From Octopus bimaculoides (Eukaryota): 64,000 nucleotides of DNA. The notes beneath the pieces are model-generated. The model was not told where the DNA came from, ran no database searches, and worked only from the letters and a program-made list of their open reading frames with translations. This document shows, one piece after another, positions 1-13,763 of the stretch (its first letter is position 1; each line of letters starts with the position of its first letter). A program made the position numbers and the translations under genes. The DNA lies in the NCBI RefSeq assembly GCF_001194135.2, contig NC_068993.1, positions 42,067,749-42,131,748 on the forward strand. Direction: 5' to 3'.

Positions 1-829
1 TATATATATATATATGTAGTTTTCTTATTTTCATTGACGTAACTGCTTTTAGAATGAACGTGAAAGAGAGTGAGAGAGCAATATAAAGAAAGAGAGACAA
101 GATCAATAAATCTTTCTATGTTTTATATTTATAGGTAGTTAAAATAATTGCGTAGAAAACAAAATTTTAAGCTCGTTTTAGGATGTTACAATTCTATCTT
201 TTATTGAAGCGTATAGTTAATAGAAAATCATATTTTTTACTTGTGTACTTTCTTTGTTCAAAATACGATTATGCTGGTTTATATATTTATATATATGAAA
301 CTCGGTTGTAAATAAAGTTTTCTATAGAAAGATCTTGTACAAGGAGAGGCAACGAATGAACCGTTGTTTTAATCTACACAGATTGGTTGGTTCATTCGGA
401 TAATTATTTCATGCGAATATCTCAATATATTTTGCTTCGGGTGAATAAAACTATAAATACGAGATTAAATTTAATTTAAGCAAACATTTACATTTCTTCT
501 TATGTTTTAGGTTATTTATGTTATCGAAAATATCCTGAAATAAGAATAATAGTAGTAATTCCTTAAAGAAAAAAGGCAAATAATTCTTAAGATTTGTCTC
601 TCTACTTTGAGTATCTGTTAAGAAATGACTTATTTTCTGGAGAAAATATGTACAATCAACATAATCTGTTATAAAACATTGCCAACTATTGATCATTTAA
701 TCCTTATATGTAAAGTATAGTAATATCTACGAAAAAAGTCATGTTGACCATCTTATCCGCGTAAATAAAAACCAGCTCTGAATGCTACAGTATCTCGTAG
801 TATAAATATAATTCTGAAGACAGATTGGT

Positions 830-1080
830 TGAAAAAGCCAAACTTCGGTTTTCGTGCACATTCTCATATATGACCTTCAGGAAGAAGTCGCACAACACAT
901 CCTGTAAGCCGAGCAAATCGGCAGGAGACAGAGTTACACCAAAAACGAGATGGTTAGATAATATATGAAGTCTCAGTTGGTCACACTTAGGATTCCAGCC
1001 AAACAAGGGATCGACGGTTGCTTCTGAACTCCACGCTTACTACCCTTCAAGGAGAAGCGGACAGAGAAGATGGATGGATG
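830..1080 (+). mobile_element. RTE-clade LINE 3' end (Rex3/Expander-like), decayed
   Basis: The frameshifted translation GRRQS..PKTRWLDNI*SLSWSHLGFQP resembles the RTE C-terminal GRPxTRWxDxIxxLxWxxLG motif. The element ends in GATGGATGGATG at about 1069-1080, the tail type I recall for Rex3-like RTEs. Confidence 0.6.
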
Positions 1081-1198
1081 TTCATACATGTGAAATATTT
1101 AAACAATGAGTTCAATTGTTAAGATCTAAACAGATTTGTCGCAGCCTGCATTGTCAATAATGTCCGAAAATTTCGATCGATATACTTATGAGACTTTA

Positions 1199-1387
1199 GG
1201 CGGCGAACTGGCAGAATCCTCAGCATTTCGCCAGTCATTACATTCTGAGTTCAAATTCCACCGAAGTCGACTTTGCCTTTCAACCTTTCGGAATCGATCA
1301 AATGAGTAACAGCTGAGCACTGAGGTCGATGTAATCGAATTGCCCATTCCCTCAAAATTACCGGCCTTTTGCCAACATTTGAAACCA
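1199..1387 (+). mobile_element. SINE family A copy with a 16-bp target-site duplication
   Basis: It runs GGCGGCGAACTGGCAGAA...TTCTGAGTTCAAATTCC...GTCGACTTTGCCTTTCA...TTTGAAACCA and matches several other copies in the window. It is flanked by TATACTTATGAGACTT (1181-1196) and TATATTTATGAGACTT (1389-1404). Confidence 0.85.
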
Positions 1388-2609
1388 ATATATTTATGAG
1401 ACTTATCGTCCCTGCTTCTCGAGTTTAGATCTTAAACACACCTACAATGGAACATTTGTCGGTTAATTGACTAATTTCTTGTATAATGTCAATTTCTCAA
1501 AATTCGCTAATTGACAGCTATGCCGCTGCTATTTTGAAAATCCTTTCACAGGCTTTTGGAAATTAGCAAATACGAATCAGCATGTGAACAAGCTCGTTAT
1601 AGGAATATACCCGTAAGAAACTGTAGTAATATTTTCTGAAGTAATTTAACGTTTAAAAAAAATTATGCTTACGTCGTTATTCAAGTCATAACAAGAACAC
1701 AAGATAGTCTCAGCTTGGAAGCCTTTTATTTTAGGTGTGTTTCATCAAAGCAAGCCAGTGAATAACAATATAAAAAGAGCAGCAAAATAACACAAACAAA
1801 CACAGCAGTAACAATAAAAACAATAAAATAGCAACAACAGTGTACATCTATGTTGAAACGGACTTACTAGGTTTTCATTACAGAGTTAAAAAGACTGGTC
1901 CTATATATTTACTCTATAATATTTTCACATCCAAATACACCTCTGTTATTACCGCCAACGGCCAATGGATTTAGCTTGGCAGGAGATTTAGAAATTAATC
2001 ACTTCCATTTCCTTCTTTGATTTTTCCTACTATAAAGGAGTTAGGACTAGTGTTTTTGTTACATTAAGAAATTAGGGAACGAGAAATACCAACTTCAGAA
2101 ATACATCAATGAATGTTAGAATGCATTTATATTTGCACAGAATTCTGGCACATAATGACACATTATGGAAGATAAAAGAGATTCTTGTTCAAATTACATA
2201 TTCTGTTTCCAGTAAAATTAGATTCCGCCGAAAACTAAAAGAAACGTTAGAAAAGACAGATATAATAATGTTTATGTTATGTCATTTAACTAGATGGGAA
2301 ATTGGTTAAAGTAATCATATTTCAAATGACAGTATTGGAGGTTTTGAGTAGTAGGGTGTTTTCAACTCAATGTTACGTTTGGAAACGTTCTCTGCAGCAT
2401 AGCCAATAGTTTTCTCTATTTTACTTTTCTGTATTGTATATGATACAATATATGATGTACACATGCAGCTATTGCGGAAATTATTCTACGAATAATTATC
2501 AAACTTTAGCCTAATTTAGTAAAGATAAAATGAATTTATCTATGATTTCCTAATTGAAATTAGTAGCAAATAAATAATTTCGGTTTGATGTATTAGCATT
2601 AATCTGTAT

Positions 2610-2666
2610 GTTTGTATGAGTGCGCTCGTGTGAGTGTGTGTGTGCGTGTGTGTGTGTGTGTGTGTA

Positions 2667-2699
<33 letters not shown>

Positions 2700-2858
2700 C
2701 TGTGTGTGCGTCCGTGCGTGCGTGCATATACATCTATAAATACATTGCACACACACGAACACAGACGCATGGCCAGATGTATGTATGTAAGTCGGCATGT
2801 GAGAATATCTGCCTTTGTGCGATTGCCTATGTATGCAAACCTATAGACAAATAAATGA

Positions 2859-2891
<33 letters not shown>

Positions 2892-3056
2892 GAGATAGAT
2901 AGATAGATAGATAGATAAACATACATACATACTGACTAAAAGAGAGAAAGATACCCATTGTATAGTCATAATAAACCACCGCAAGAAAGAACTCCAGGAT
3001 AGTGTTTAGTATATGGATATATGTATTTTCATCGGTAATGATTACAACTGTTGCCT

Positions 3057-3114
<58 letters not shown>

Positions 3115-3152
3115 TGTGTGTGTATATATATGTATGCATGTATATATGTATG

Positions 3153-3191
<39 letters not shown>

Positions 3192-3280
3192 TCATGGAAC
3201 AACCACTTTGGTGTGACAATTAACTTAACTGGTTATATATACAAATACAGAGAGAGAAAGAGATGGAGAGAGAGAGAGAT
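2610..3280. repeat. Compound microsatellite cluster (TG, GATA, CATA, TA, GA)
   Basis: Simple repeats are directly visible and run into the gap at 3281-3830. Confidence 0.95.
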
Positions 3281-4574
3281 NNNNNNNNNNNNNNNNNNNN
3301 NNNNNNNNNNNNNNNNNNNNNNNNNNNNNNNNNNNNNNNNNNNNNNNNNNNNNNNNNNNNNNNNNNNNNNNNNNNNNNNNNNNNNNNNNNNNNNNNNNNN
3401 NNNNNNNNNNNNNNNNNNNNNNNNNNNNNNNNNNNNNNNNNNNNNNNNNNNNNNNNNNNNNNNNNNNNNNNNNNNNNNNNNNNNNNNNNNNNNNNNNNNN
3501 NNNNNNNNNNNNNNNNNNNNNNNNNNNNNNNNNNNNNNNNNNNNNNNNNNNNNNNNNNNNNNNNNNNNNNNNNNNNNNNNNNNNNNNNNNNNNNNNNNNN
3601 NNNNNNNNNNNNNNNNNNNNNNNNNNNNNNNNNNNNNNNNNNNNNNNNNNNNNNNNNNNNNNNNNNNNNNNNNNNNNNNNNNNNNNNNNNNNNNNNNNNN
3701 NNNNNNNNNNNNNNNNNNNNNNNNNNNNNNNNNNNNNNNNNNNNNNNNNNNNNNNNNNNNNNNNNNNNNNNNNNNNNNNNNNNNNNNNNNNNNNNNNNNN
3801 NNNNNNNNNNNNNNNNNNNNNNNNNNNNNNGAGAGAGAGAGAGGGAGAGAGAGAGAGAGGGAGAGAGAGAGCGACTAAGGGATACAATATCCGTATATAC
3901 TATCAGTATCCGTTACCTGTGTTAACTTCGGGCAATGGTATGCAGGGACACGATACACGTCGAGTACAGGTAACAACAGGATAAACAAAAGTTTATCAGG
4001 AACCAATGCAGATAATTAGAAAATGGAGAAAACATGGATTAACCAGTGCATCGACAGGACTACAATTTAAAGTATATTTATTGATACAATGCAAAACAAT
4101 ACAAATCTAATAGTTGTTTCTGATCAAAATACCTGAATGCAGTCTATACATGAATGCAAGAATAAAATTCTTCATCTTCATAGAGCATTCGAATTAAGGG
4201 AACATATCTTTATCAGAGTGAAAAACAAGAGCATACAGTATAAACAAAAGGAAATAGGAAAAGGAAAGAAAACATGGCTTAGACAAAAAGTGTAGGAGCC
4301 CAATATGTTAAATGCACATATAGTTAATTACCATCAAGTCTCAAAGAACGTAGATGAGAGAGTGAGCTATTAAAGGACTAGGGAATACTAAGATTTATTA
4401 ACGGGAGGGTGCAGTTAGGAGGTGGGGGTTAAGGTGTTAAAAAAAGAAGTTATCAACAAGCTCTATGTAAATAAAATAAAATATTTACATAAATATCAAA
4501 ATCAAGCATATGTTAACGGAGATTATCGTTACGTTGTCTAAATAAACCTAAGATATGAATATTGATTTCAGATT

Positions 4575-4708
4575 TTTAAACAAGGCCAGCTTTAAGCTTG
4601 TTCTTATTTTATCGACCCCGAAAAGGACGAAAAACAAAGTTGGTTTTGACATAATTTGAACTGGGAACTTAAACGACATGCCGCTAAGCATTTTGCTCGG
4701 AGTAAATA
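4575..4708 (-). mobile_element. SINE family A fragment
   Basis: CTTATTTTATCGACCCCGAAAAGGACGAAA...ATTTGAACT...ATGCCGCTAAGCATTTTGCTCGG is the reverse complement of the family A body. Confidence 0.7.
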
Positions 4709-5289
4709 ATTTAAGGCTATAAATATTAAAACGAAAAATGATTATTAAGATAACGACTGAAAGTGAATATTTAAGCTCCATCTAATGATACGCAACCAAA
4801 GTGGAAATTTAATATGGCTTTAAATTAAAATTACATGTTAAATCTCAAATATTTGATATGGAAACTTTCACTAAAAATTCTGTAAAATAACACCGTTCGT
4901 ATTCTCCAGCACTGAATAAACCTTGATAATTGTTAAGGTAAATGATACTGTCGTACAGATCCTCTTCATCATTGCTGTCCGTAATTATAGGTTGCACATT
5001 AGAGGCTGATTCCTCATCATCACCGTCGAATTAAATCTGTCTCTTTTCTTGATGTCATAATTTTATCTTGTATTTTCAACTGTAAATTAACAGACCAACA
5101 ACAACGTGCGCTTTCTATCACTGCCAATGATAGAGCCCACATACTGCCTTTTCTTTAGTATGATGTTTCACTATCGTGTATTTAGTTTACTCTCCACTTA
5201 ATCTTCATCATCTAAAATAGATTATTGCTGCAGATTCTCACAGTTGCAAAACACCTTTAAGTCCACCAGAAATTGTTATTATTTTATAT

Positions 5290-5729
5290 TTACATACATA
5301 TATATCTGTACACATACCTACCTTCCTACCTACCTACCTACCTACCTACCTACCTACCTACCTAACTACCTACCTACCTACCTAACTACCTACCTACCTA
5401 CCTACTTGCCTACAAACCTACCTACCTACCTACCTACTTACCTACCTAACTACCTATACACATACATATACACATACATATAAATGTGTGCGTGTACATA
5501 TGATTCATACAAGACCAATTTGTGAGTGGAACAGTATAAATATGCAAGACTTTTCTCAAGTTCTAAATGTGAATTAGTTTGTCTTAACTACATCCCAAAG
5601 ATGGAACCCTGTATCATTGTTGGAAACCGGGTCCCTCCTCGGTGGAAGATTTATAGGAATTAAAAAATAGAAGAGACACACATACATACATACATACATA
5701 CATACATACATACATACATNNNNNNNNNN

Positions 5730-5764
<35 letters not shown>

Positions 5765-6040
5765 ATGTATGTATGTTTATTTTAGAATTTTCCTTCTAGT
5801 CTTATTTTTCAATTCAGTGACAGCTAAAACATATTATTCCGTTATGTGTGTGTATATGTATGTATGTCTGTGTGTGTATGTCTGTATGTGTATGTCTGTG
5901 TGTGTATGTCTGTGTATGTATGTATGTGTGTGTACGCGTGTGTCTGTGTACGCGTGTGTGTATATGTGTGTTAATGTATGTATACATATATAGGTATGTC
6001 TTTATGACTCTATGTAAGTATATGTATGCATACATTCAAA
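5290..6040. repeat. (TACC)n, (CATA)n and (TG)n microsatellites
   Basis: TACC array at about 5300-5455 with TAAC/TTGC interruptions; CATA array at 5678-5719; TG/TATG mosaic to about 6040. Confidence 0.95.
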
Positions 6041-7315
6041 GATAAATACTTTGAGATGTAGCCCATGAGTAAACAATAATAAAATAGTGGCTAAATATTT
6101 GTGCGAAATATTTCTAGTGTCAAAAGCTGTTCATATGTAGAACATATGCGATATTTTTGTCCTAACATGTTGGGGTATATCTAACAGAAGAATAACTGAG
6201 AGGGGGTGAGAGAGGAAGAGAGATAGACAACATTAGACAGACGTATCGATTCGTAGAAAAAAGACAGATAGGAGCAGACAAGAAAATGAAGAAATAACAG
6301 ATTGTATTTTTACATATTTTGTCTATTCGATATTTCACTGAATAACATGGCTTAAAGGATACGGCTTAGAATTATAATGAAACTAGATCTAAATATAACT
6401 TGAAATATCTGTCTTCTTGAACCAATATCTCAGAACATGCTTCCATTTTCCATTTAACATTTATAGCATGAAACCCGGCGGCTTTACTGTTGATACTGAA
6501 AGTACGATCCATTAATGGATTGCATATAAGACTCTCGTATAAGAATCTAGTATCAATATTAAGCTAAGTGCGTACATCTTATCTATATACATAGTTATTT
6601 ATGCTAAAGAATGGCAAGGAGTGCGCTAAATCAGCAACTATTAATACAGTTAATTCCGCTGACTGGCAGTAAATTTTTAGTCAATAGAATGGTCTTTGTC
6701 GTTTGCGTTATCGCTCCTAGAGACTGACAGTCAGACAGACAGACAGACAGAGAAACAGGCAGATAGCCAGGCAGAGAAGGAGAAAAGAAAGAGATACAAA
6801 CGGAGAGAGAGAGAGAGTGTGNNNNNNNNNNNNNNNNNNNNNNNNNNNNNNNNNNNNNNNNNNNNNNNNNNNNGGGGGGGGGGGTGCGCGTATATGTGAG
6901 TCAGCGATAGGTTTGCGTATTTGAGTGTGAATTTGTATGGGTTGCAAGTAATAGAAAGTGTACAGAAAGATAACACTTTGGTGTACCGGCAGTGTAGTGC
7001 AACGTGTGTTTGCACTTAATCTTTCCTCATAGCCCCATACTTGGACTTGGAGTCTATTGAATCTTAGTAGTTCAATTCGTGCTGGCACACATAAAGAATC
7101 ATTATTGAGTAGTGAACCGCAGTACATAACCACTACTATGTGTTATTACGTTGTCAAAGTAAATTGACCTCAGTGGGTTATTGCATTCATTGTGTAAAGA
7201 CCTGGAAGAAATGACACACCACAAGGCATATCGTCAGACGCTCCAACCATTCTGCCAATCTGTTGCTTTCTATCCGTGAAATATTTAACATATTCATCTG
7301 AGTGCCATACATGTA

Positions 7316-7785
7316 GGCGCAGGCGTGGATGTAGGTTCAGTCCCACTGTGTTGCACCTTGGGCAAGCGTCTTCTACTATAGTCTCGGGCCAACCAAAACC
7401 TAGAGACAGAGAACGGAAAGAGATACAAATGGAGAGAGAGAGAGAGAGAGAGAGAGTGAAAGTGAGACAGAGAGAGAATGTGTGTGTGTGGGGGGGGGTG
7501 CTAGATTTAATCTGAAAGAAACCCGTCGTACACACACACACACACACATATATTTATGTATATCTGACGGAATGTGTGTGTGTGTGTATCTTTGTGTACC
7601 CCACTTCCGCCTGACAACCGGCAATAGTGTTTACGTCCCCATAACTTAGCGGATAGAATAAGTATCAGGCTTAGAAAAAACAAAAGACACTGGGGTCGAT
7701 CGATTCGGCTAATAATTCTTCAAACTGGTGCCCCAGCATGGTCGCCTTCTAACTTTCAAGATGTAAAATGTAAAAAGAATAAAAT
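7316..7785 (+). mobile_element. SINE family B (tRNA-like head, internal microsatellite)
   Basis: It runs GGCGCAGGCGTGG...GGTTCAGTCCCACTG...CACCTTGGGCAAGCGTCTTCTACTATAG, then a CA/TG tract, then GACAACCGG...TTTACGTCCCCATAACTTAGCGG...CTGGGGTCGATCGATTCG...AAAAGAATAAAA. It is homologous to 50701-51910 and carries an extra GA-rich insert at about 7403-7505. Confidence 0.85.
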
Positions 7786-9639
7786 ATTTTATCCTAAAAG
7801 TAATGTAGATGTGATTTTCAGGTAAAAGACCAACATCCACGCAGTTATTTGATATGAAAACCAGTAAAGATATTTGTAACTTGCTCTGCTGTGGTAGTTG
7901 CCGTGGAGAATATATCGGATCGAGATGGTTTGCTCACGGGATTAAAATGTACAACGCACTATTAAATACAAAAGTCGTCCTACTGATTTTTAATTCAATT
8001 TCGTATGCAGTAACGACCTAGTTGCTATTATTTACCCCCACTCGTAAACATGGCACCAATTTTCACAATTTGATAGCATTTCTAAAGCAGGCGTCATTCG
8101 CCCACAGCCAGACATCTCAGGCCAGATATAAACATATAAACTATTTCTGTTATGATCAGTGACCTTGAAAATATCCTCCAATGAAACATACCTAATCTCA
8201 TTCAATATCACAAGCTTACAATCAATATACGTGCCATGAAAATATAATTAAAACACTACACCTCCCTACACATAAACAATACACAGCAGTCTAGGAAAGT
8301 TATAACTCAAGATATCTGATAAACTGACACTACAACGACTTACAAATAAAACTGAGTTAAGATAGCCTGAGTACTTCAAAATGTTAGCGCTTCTTTTTAG
8401 ATACAGAGATTATCTGCGGTCGAATTGTGACAAACCTTCCTACATTAAATTGTTACTCAAATGTCTGCTGCTATATGTATGAAGACATAACTGTAGATCA
8501 CGAACAAAAGAAATCCATGTAACTGGCTGGAAATGGGCCAGAAATGCAGTACATCTACGATTTTACCAGCGCTCTGTAAGCTCCTTATGTCATGTTTACC
8601 CTAACTGCAATGCTTTCCGTTCGTGTGAACTAGAAATTATTTATAATATTCCGCGTATCATTTTCTCTTCATCTATGCATCTGTATTGGATATCGTTTCG
8701 TAACGCCATATTTCTTCGTTGCTAAAAAGAATCCCTAGGAAGATGCCTATACTTGTTTGACTTTTATTCCTTAAGACGATACTTATGGAAGAACACCAAC
8801 ACACACACACACACAAAAACACCATTTACTACTTTCGTTGCTTTCAAGCCCTCTATTAAAATGTGTAGAGAATCGCTTGCTAACCTTTCACACCCTTACT
8901 CCGTTTAGGAAACGAAACCACTTGAAGACATCCATCAATAACCTGGAGCAATTTTTCTGACTATTCAAGAAAGGTTTCTTTCATAACCGATCTACTCGCT
9001 AGAAACAATGACCAAATATCCTTAAATTCGCAATCTATTGTGCTAAATATTGATGAAATATATTGTGATAACTATCCCGGGATATATCAGAGGAAACTAG
9101 AAGACAAGCGAAGGGAGGTGAACATTTCACATAACGAAAGATATAGAGCAACATATTGAATATATATTTTTTTATATGTTCTACATTAGATCAACAGGTT
9201 CCTGTCCTAACTGTAATACTTAATAATCTGGAATCCTGACTTAATATAACATCTACTAAATCCACAATTTCCAATCTGAACAACATCTCTAGAGACATAG
9301 ACATACAATCAAGTATAAGACTCCACACCATAAACCCGCCCACACATATACATACATAAACACACACACAAAAACAAGCATACACAAACTCACACTCACA
9401 TACACATACACACACACACAAATTCAAACACTTATATACTTGTGTTGAGCTACAATCATACAAAGAAACATGTTCAACATGTCACAACACACATAGATTT
9501 AGTAAGTAAATCAGATCAATGCATAAACATAATTAGAACACACGCAGGCACTGTGAATTCCTTTCCACTGGAAATAATGCTAAAGAAGATATATAGCCAC
9601 TTATTTGAGATTGGGCAGATAACTTCCTCAGTGAAACAA

Positions 9640-10010
9640 CACAACTATAAAGAAAAGACTGTAAACATGTGAAACCTCATCAGCTGCAGTTACTTTTATG
9701 TCTCTACTGTTCTTAGAGGTCATCCAACAGTTAACTGCTGACAGATTATCTCTCATACTGCATTGCTAGTATTTCTCTCAATTCACCGGTCTTTGAAGCT
9801 ATTAATTTCGGTGATTTCAATGCATTCAACAACTCTTAGCTCCCAAACTCGCCACGCATGTCTGACGCGTAAAACAGGCCGAACATTTTCTTGTAGTGAA
9901 AGATTTATCAGGTTTCACTGATATCTATCCATATTCTTGCATGACACGGACACTCCAAGAATTTTTGTCCTCTTATTTATATCTAAACTGTTTCTAAGGG
10001 GTCATTGGGA
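9640..10010 (+). mobile_element. LINE AP-endonuclease relic (CR1/Jockey-type)
   Basis: The translation LLCLYCS*RSSNS*LLTDYLSYCIASISLNSPVFEAINFGDFNAFNNS*L contains the GDFN motif, downstream of a degenerate (L)YR-P-like segment, as in non-LTR endonucleases. It has several stops. Confidence 0.6.
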
Positions 10011-12084
10011 CATCTAGGCTGCATATGGATTACGATTTTTGTGGAAGGTTAAGGACAAATAAAGATTGACATACAATGCAACAGACTATCTATGTTGGAC
10101 GTGTTAACAGTTTACTCGCTTATTGAAGAGTCTTGTTTGGAGTAAAGATTACCATTAATTAATGTATTATTGAGTTAGATCACCAAAGAATGATTCCACA
10201 GCAAGGTATTAGAGAAAGATAAGTATCCTTTAGTGGGCAATATAGCTAAATGTTATTTTTTCTATTCCAAAATCTAAATTTTCTGACATTAATTCCAACA
10301 TTTTTTGTTACATTCGTTTAAGCAAGTGTTCAGTGGTAGAAGCTGTATTGTATGAGCGACGACATCAAAGGATGGTGGAATTCATTGTTATAATGACTGT
10401 TTCCATCATCATTAAATTGCTGGAAGTTAGCATCTTAAGATAGTTGTTAGCAGAATAAATGTGCTTCCTATTGGTGGAATCTAGACACTATAGCATTGCT
10501 CAAATGCATTGATTCGTTTTTTTTAAAGAAAGAAAGCTTCACTAGTTTGGAGTTTCTAAGAAATAATACTTATGATATTCGAAGGGAACTGAAGGATATC
10601 ATCAAATTCGGATCCTATTACAGTTTTGAGTGCTGGAAGGAATCTTCGCTGTTTTTGATTCTACATTTTTGGCGAGTTTAGTGCAGTTGGAAAGCTTTGA
10701 ATAAGTTGTTTGCAATGTAGAGTTAAAAATAAAAAGGGAAGAAAGCAGCAAATATGAAGGCTTCTCTGCAGAAATGTAGCTGATAGAACTCTCTTGGTTG
10801 AGATAAATAAAAAGGTATCGGGTATCTTCTAGAGAAGGCTTCGACAGAAATTTCTCGCATTGATGGAGGTACATGACTACTTCCATATGTCGTAGGCAAT
10901 ATCCCAATCTAATGCTGCGCGTAAATCATTCGTTATAGGATAGGAAATATGTATCGGTTGTATGATGATTGGAAGAATCTTAATATAAAGGGGTCTCGAG
11001 TTGCTTGTATAACTGTGCCTCAATAGTAGGATAGAGTGAAGTGAAGAACGATTGCTGCTACAGGTAATCAGCATAAAACTGTTAGAACTCCGACTTTGCT
11101 GACATGAATCATGAAACAAGAAAGATTTCGTAGCATAAACTTCCAAACATAACGCGTCGTACTTTACAATTTTCAGGCAGTGATTAAACGAATACATTCG
11201 TAATATCGTTTACAAACTTTTTAGTACTGCCATACTCTTCTGAATATGTCATAACCGATTCAAAGCTAAAGAGATAATTCATTCCAAATCTCTCTTGAAA
11301 TGAATTAGCTCTTCGCGTTTGAATCAGTTATGACGTGCAATTATTCTTGATTTGAATTTTATTGCTGGAAAAATATTCCATATCTTGATTCAAAACTTGT
11401 TACAAACATCAAAAGCGTTTAACTCGAAAGTGTAACAAGAAAACTAAAAATGTTGCTCTCAAATTCATCGAACCAAAACAAACCATAGTTTCAACTCTTT
11501 GAAATTGTTTTTTCGTAAAAACTTAATATTCTTCTACTTATTCTATTGTGATTACAGTGTTTCTTCAGTAATAGTTATAAGTTCTTCCAAGAGATTAGGT
11601 TGGTAGAAAGAATTACGAAATTTGAAGCAGGAATAGTTTGACAGAGAGTGTGTTTGATAAAACACATTTTGATAATATAGTGTTATAGTTGTATGAGGTT
11701 TAAACCTGAAACGCTTTGTGTCAGGAATGGTTGAAAGCTTTAATAATATTAAGGACGAAAACAGCAAAACAACGATTACTTATTGGAAAGTCATAAAAAA
11801 AAGGACGATCATTGGCAGGCCATAGGCAGATACATTGTAAAGTAAGAGAATGATTTTAGGACGTGTAGAATAGACATCAATGTGTTAACGGAAATAGGCT
11901 TGTTTAGTTGCAATAGAAAGCAACTCAGAAATCAATCTCTGAAAGTCAATGTAGGAACCATTCCTGCGAGAGACTGTTTCTCTGGAACATAAAGAAAAAG
12001 GAAATAATTGTTCGCATTTGATGACGGTGAGTAGGTGATGGTGAAGCAGGTAAAATATTGAGAAAGTGTGTACTAGGGGATGTC

Positions 12085-12244
12085 ATGTGTGCGCGTGTGT
12101 GTGTGTGCGCGTTATTGCATGGGTGATTGTATGTGCACGCGTGGCTGTGTGTGTGCATGCGTGTGTGAGTAGGTGTGTTTGTGAGTGCTAGTGTGTATGT
12201 GCGTTTGAGTAATCCCTCGCTAGGACAAATGAGATGACTTGATA

Positions 12245-12283
<39 letters not shown>

Positions 12284-12460
12284 GTGCGTGTGATGGGTGT
12301 TTCTTCGTGTGTATAGATAGATGATAGATACATAGAAATTGAATGAGTGACAGAGAGAGAGAGAGAGAAAAGACTCAGACAAACATACAGACTGACAGAC
12401 GAAGACAGACAGACAGACTGACAGATAGGCAAATAGACAGATATAGATAGATGGATATAC

Positions 12461-12512
<52 letters not shown>
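12085..12512. repeat. Compound TG / GA / GACA / (GATA)n microsatellite
   Basis: Directly visible. Confidence 0.95.
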
Positions 12513-12514
<2 letters not shown>

Positions 12515-13655
12515 GAAACGGGGGAAACTAAACTTTGATGTACAACTACTTTTATTCTTCTCATCGTCATGTTACATAACGCAGTTGTGTTTTATGTATT
12601 ATTCATTCAAAGCGTCTATTGAATTGGGAAACAAGAAACAAAGGGAAAAGTAAATTTGTGGGTATTAAAGTTAACAAATATCTAAGAAACTGAAGTAAAG
12701 AAGAGATTTAAAAATCTAAATGTATAACCTCAGCATGATGTAAGATATCGAGGTTGCATTCATTGAGGTACCCTTAAAGAAAAACGCAGATTATGTTGAA
12801 CGAAGTAATTCAAATACTATTGCTTTTAATATGCATAAAGACTTTCTAATTCATTTAAAGGGTAATATTAGTCGCCTGATGTTAAAGTTGCAAGGTATCA
12901 ATATTCATGTATTACAGATGTATGTAATGTACCTACAATGTTGGACACTATTTTTATGTAATTACGAATGGAATAAGGTGAGGCACATATTACTCTAATA
13001 TTGAATTGAATCAGTTTTTGGCTACAATACGAGATAGACAAAAATATAATTTACTGAATATAATATGTACATTAAATGCAGTTGCGTGTCATCTTTCTAA
13101 TATTATGTTATGGTAATTTCCTTTAAATGTAACATAAAAGTGTCTATCATATCTGCCAAGCTGTGAAGGCAGCCAGCTGTGATATCACTTAGACATAAAA
13201 CTCGATGCAATAAGCTTCGGGCTACAAGGAATATGGAAAAATCATCAACTATCCAAAGTATTTAGTAGTAGTTTTTTTATATATATTTTATATTTTATTC
13301 TGTCTAAAGTTTTGTACATTTCTTTTTTCAGCTTATTGAAGACTTTTTATGCAAAGGAATGATATCAATATACTTACAACATTATTTGAGATGAATGCTA
13401 TATGAATTTTAGGTAAAATATCATGGTACCAATTCCGAATAAGAGAAAATATATATAGCGTTATACATGAACATGTAAAATACTAATATACAGTTGGATA
13501 ACAAGGAAAGCATCACCACAAACGGTAGCTATGAAGAATTAATATATTCGTTACAAAATTACAACAGAGAAAAATATAGTAAAAAATATATGAGTACATC
13601 TATATATATTTATGTATGTATTTCGATAGATAGATAAATGGATAAATAGGTAGAC

Positions 13656-13702
<47 letters not shown>

Positions 13703-13763
13703 GATAGATACATACATACATACATACATACATACAAACATACATACATACATGCATACATAC

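Noticed and set aside
4900-5130. Acidic minus-strand peptide (DGDDEESAS...DSNDEEDL) after a possible acceptor
   Set aside because: All three frames after the acceptor hit stops. It may be a transposon N-terminal relic, but no TIRs were found.
8500-8760. Possible minus-strand RTE fragment (SNEEIWR)
   Set aside because: Only one short motif matches, which is too weak to annotate.
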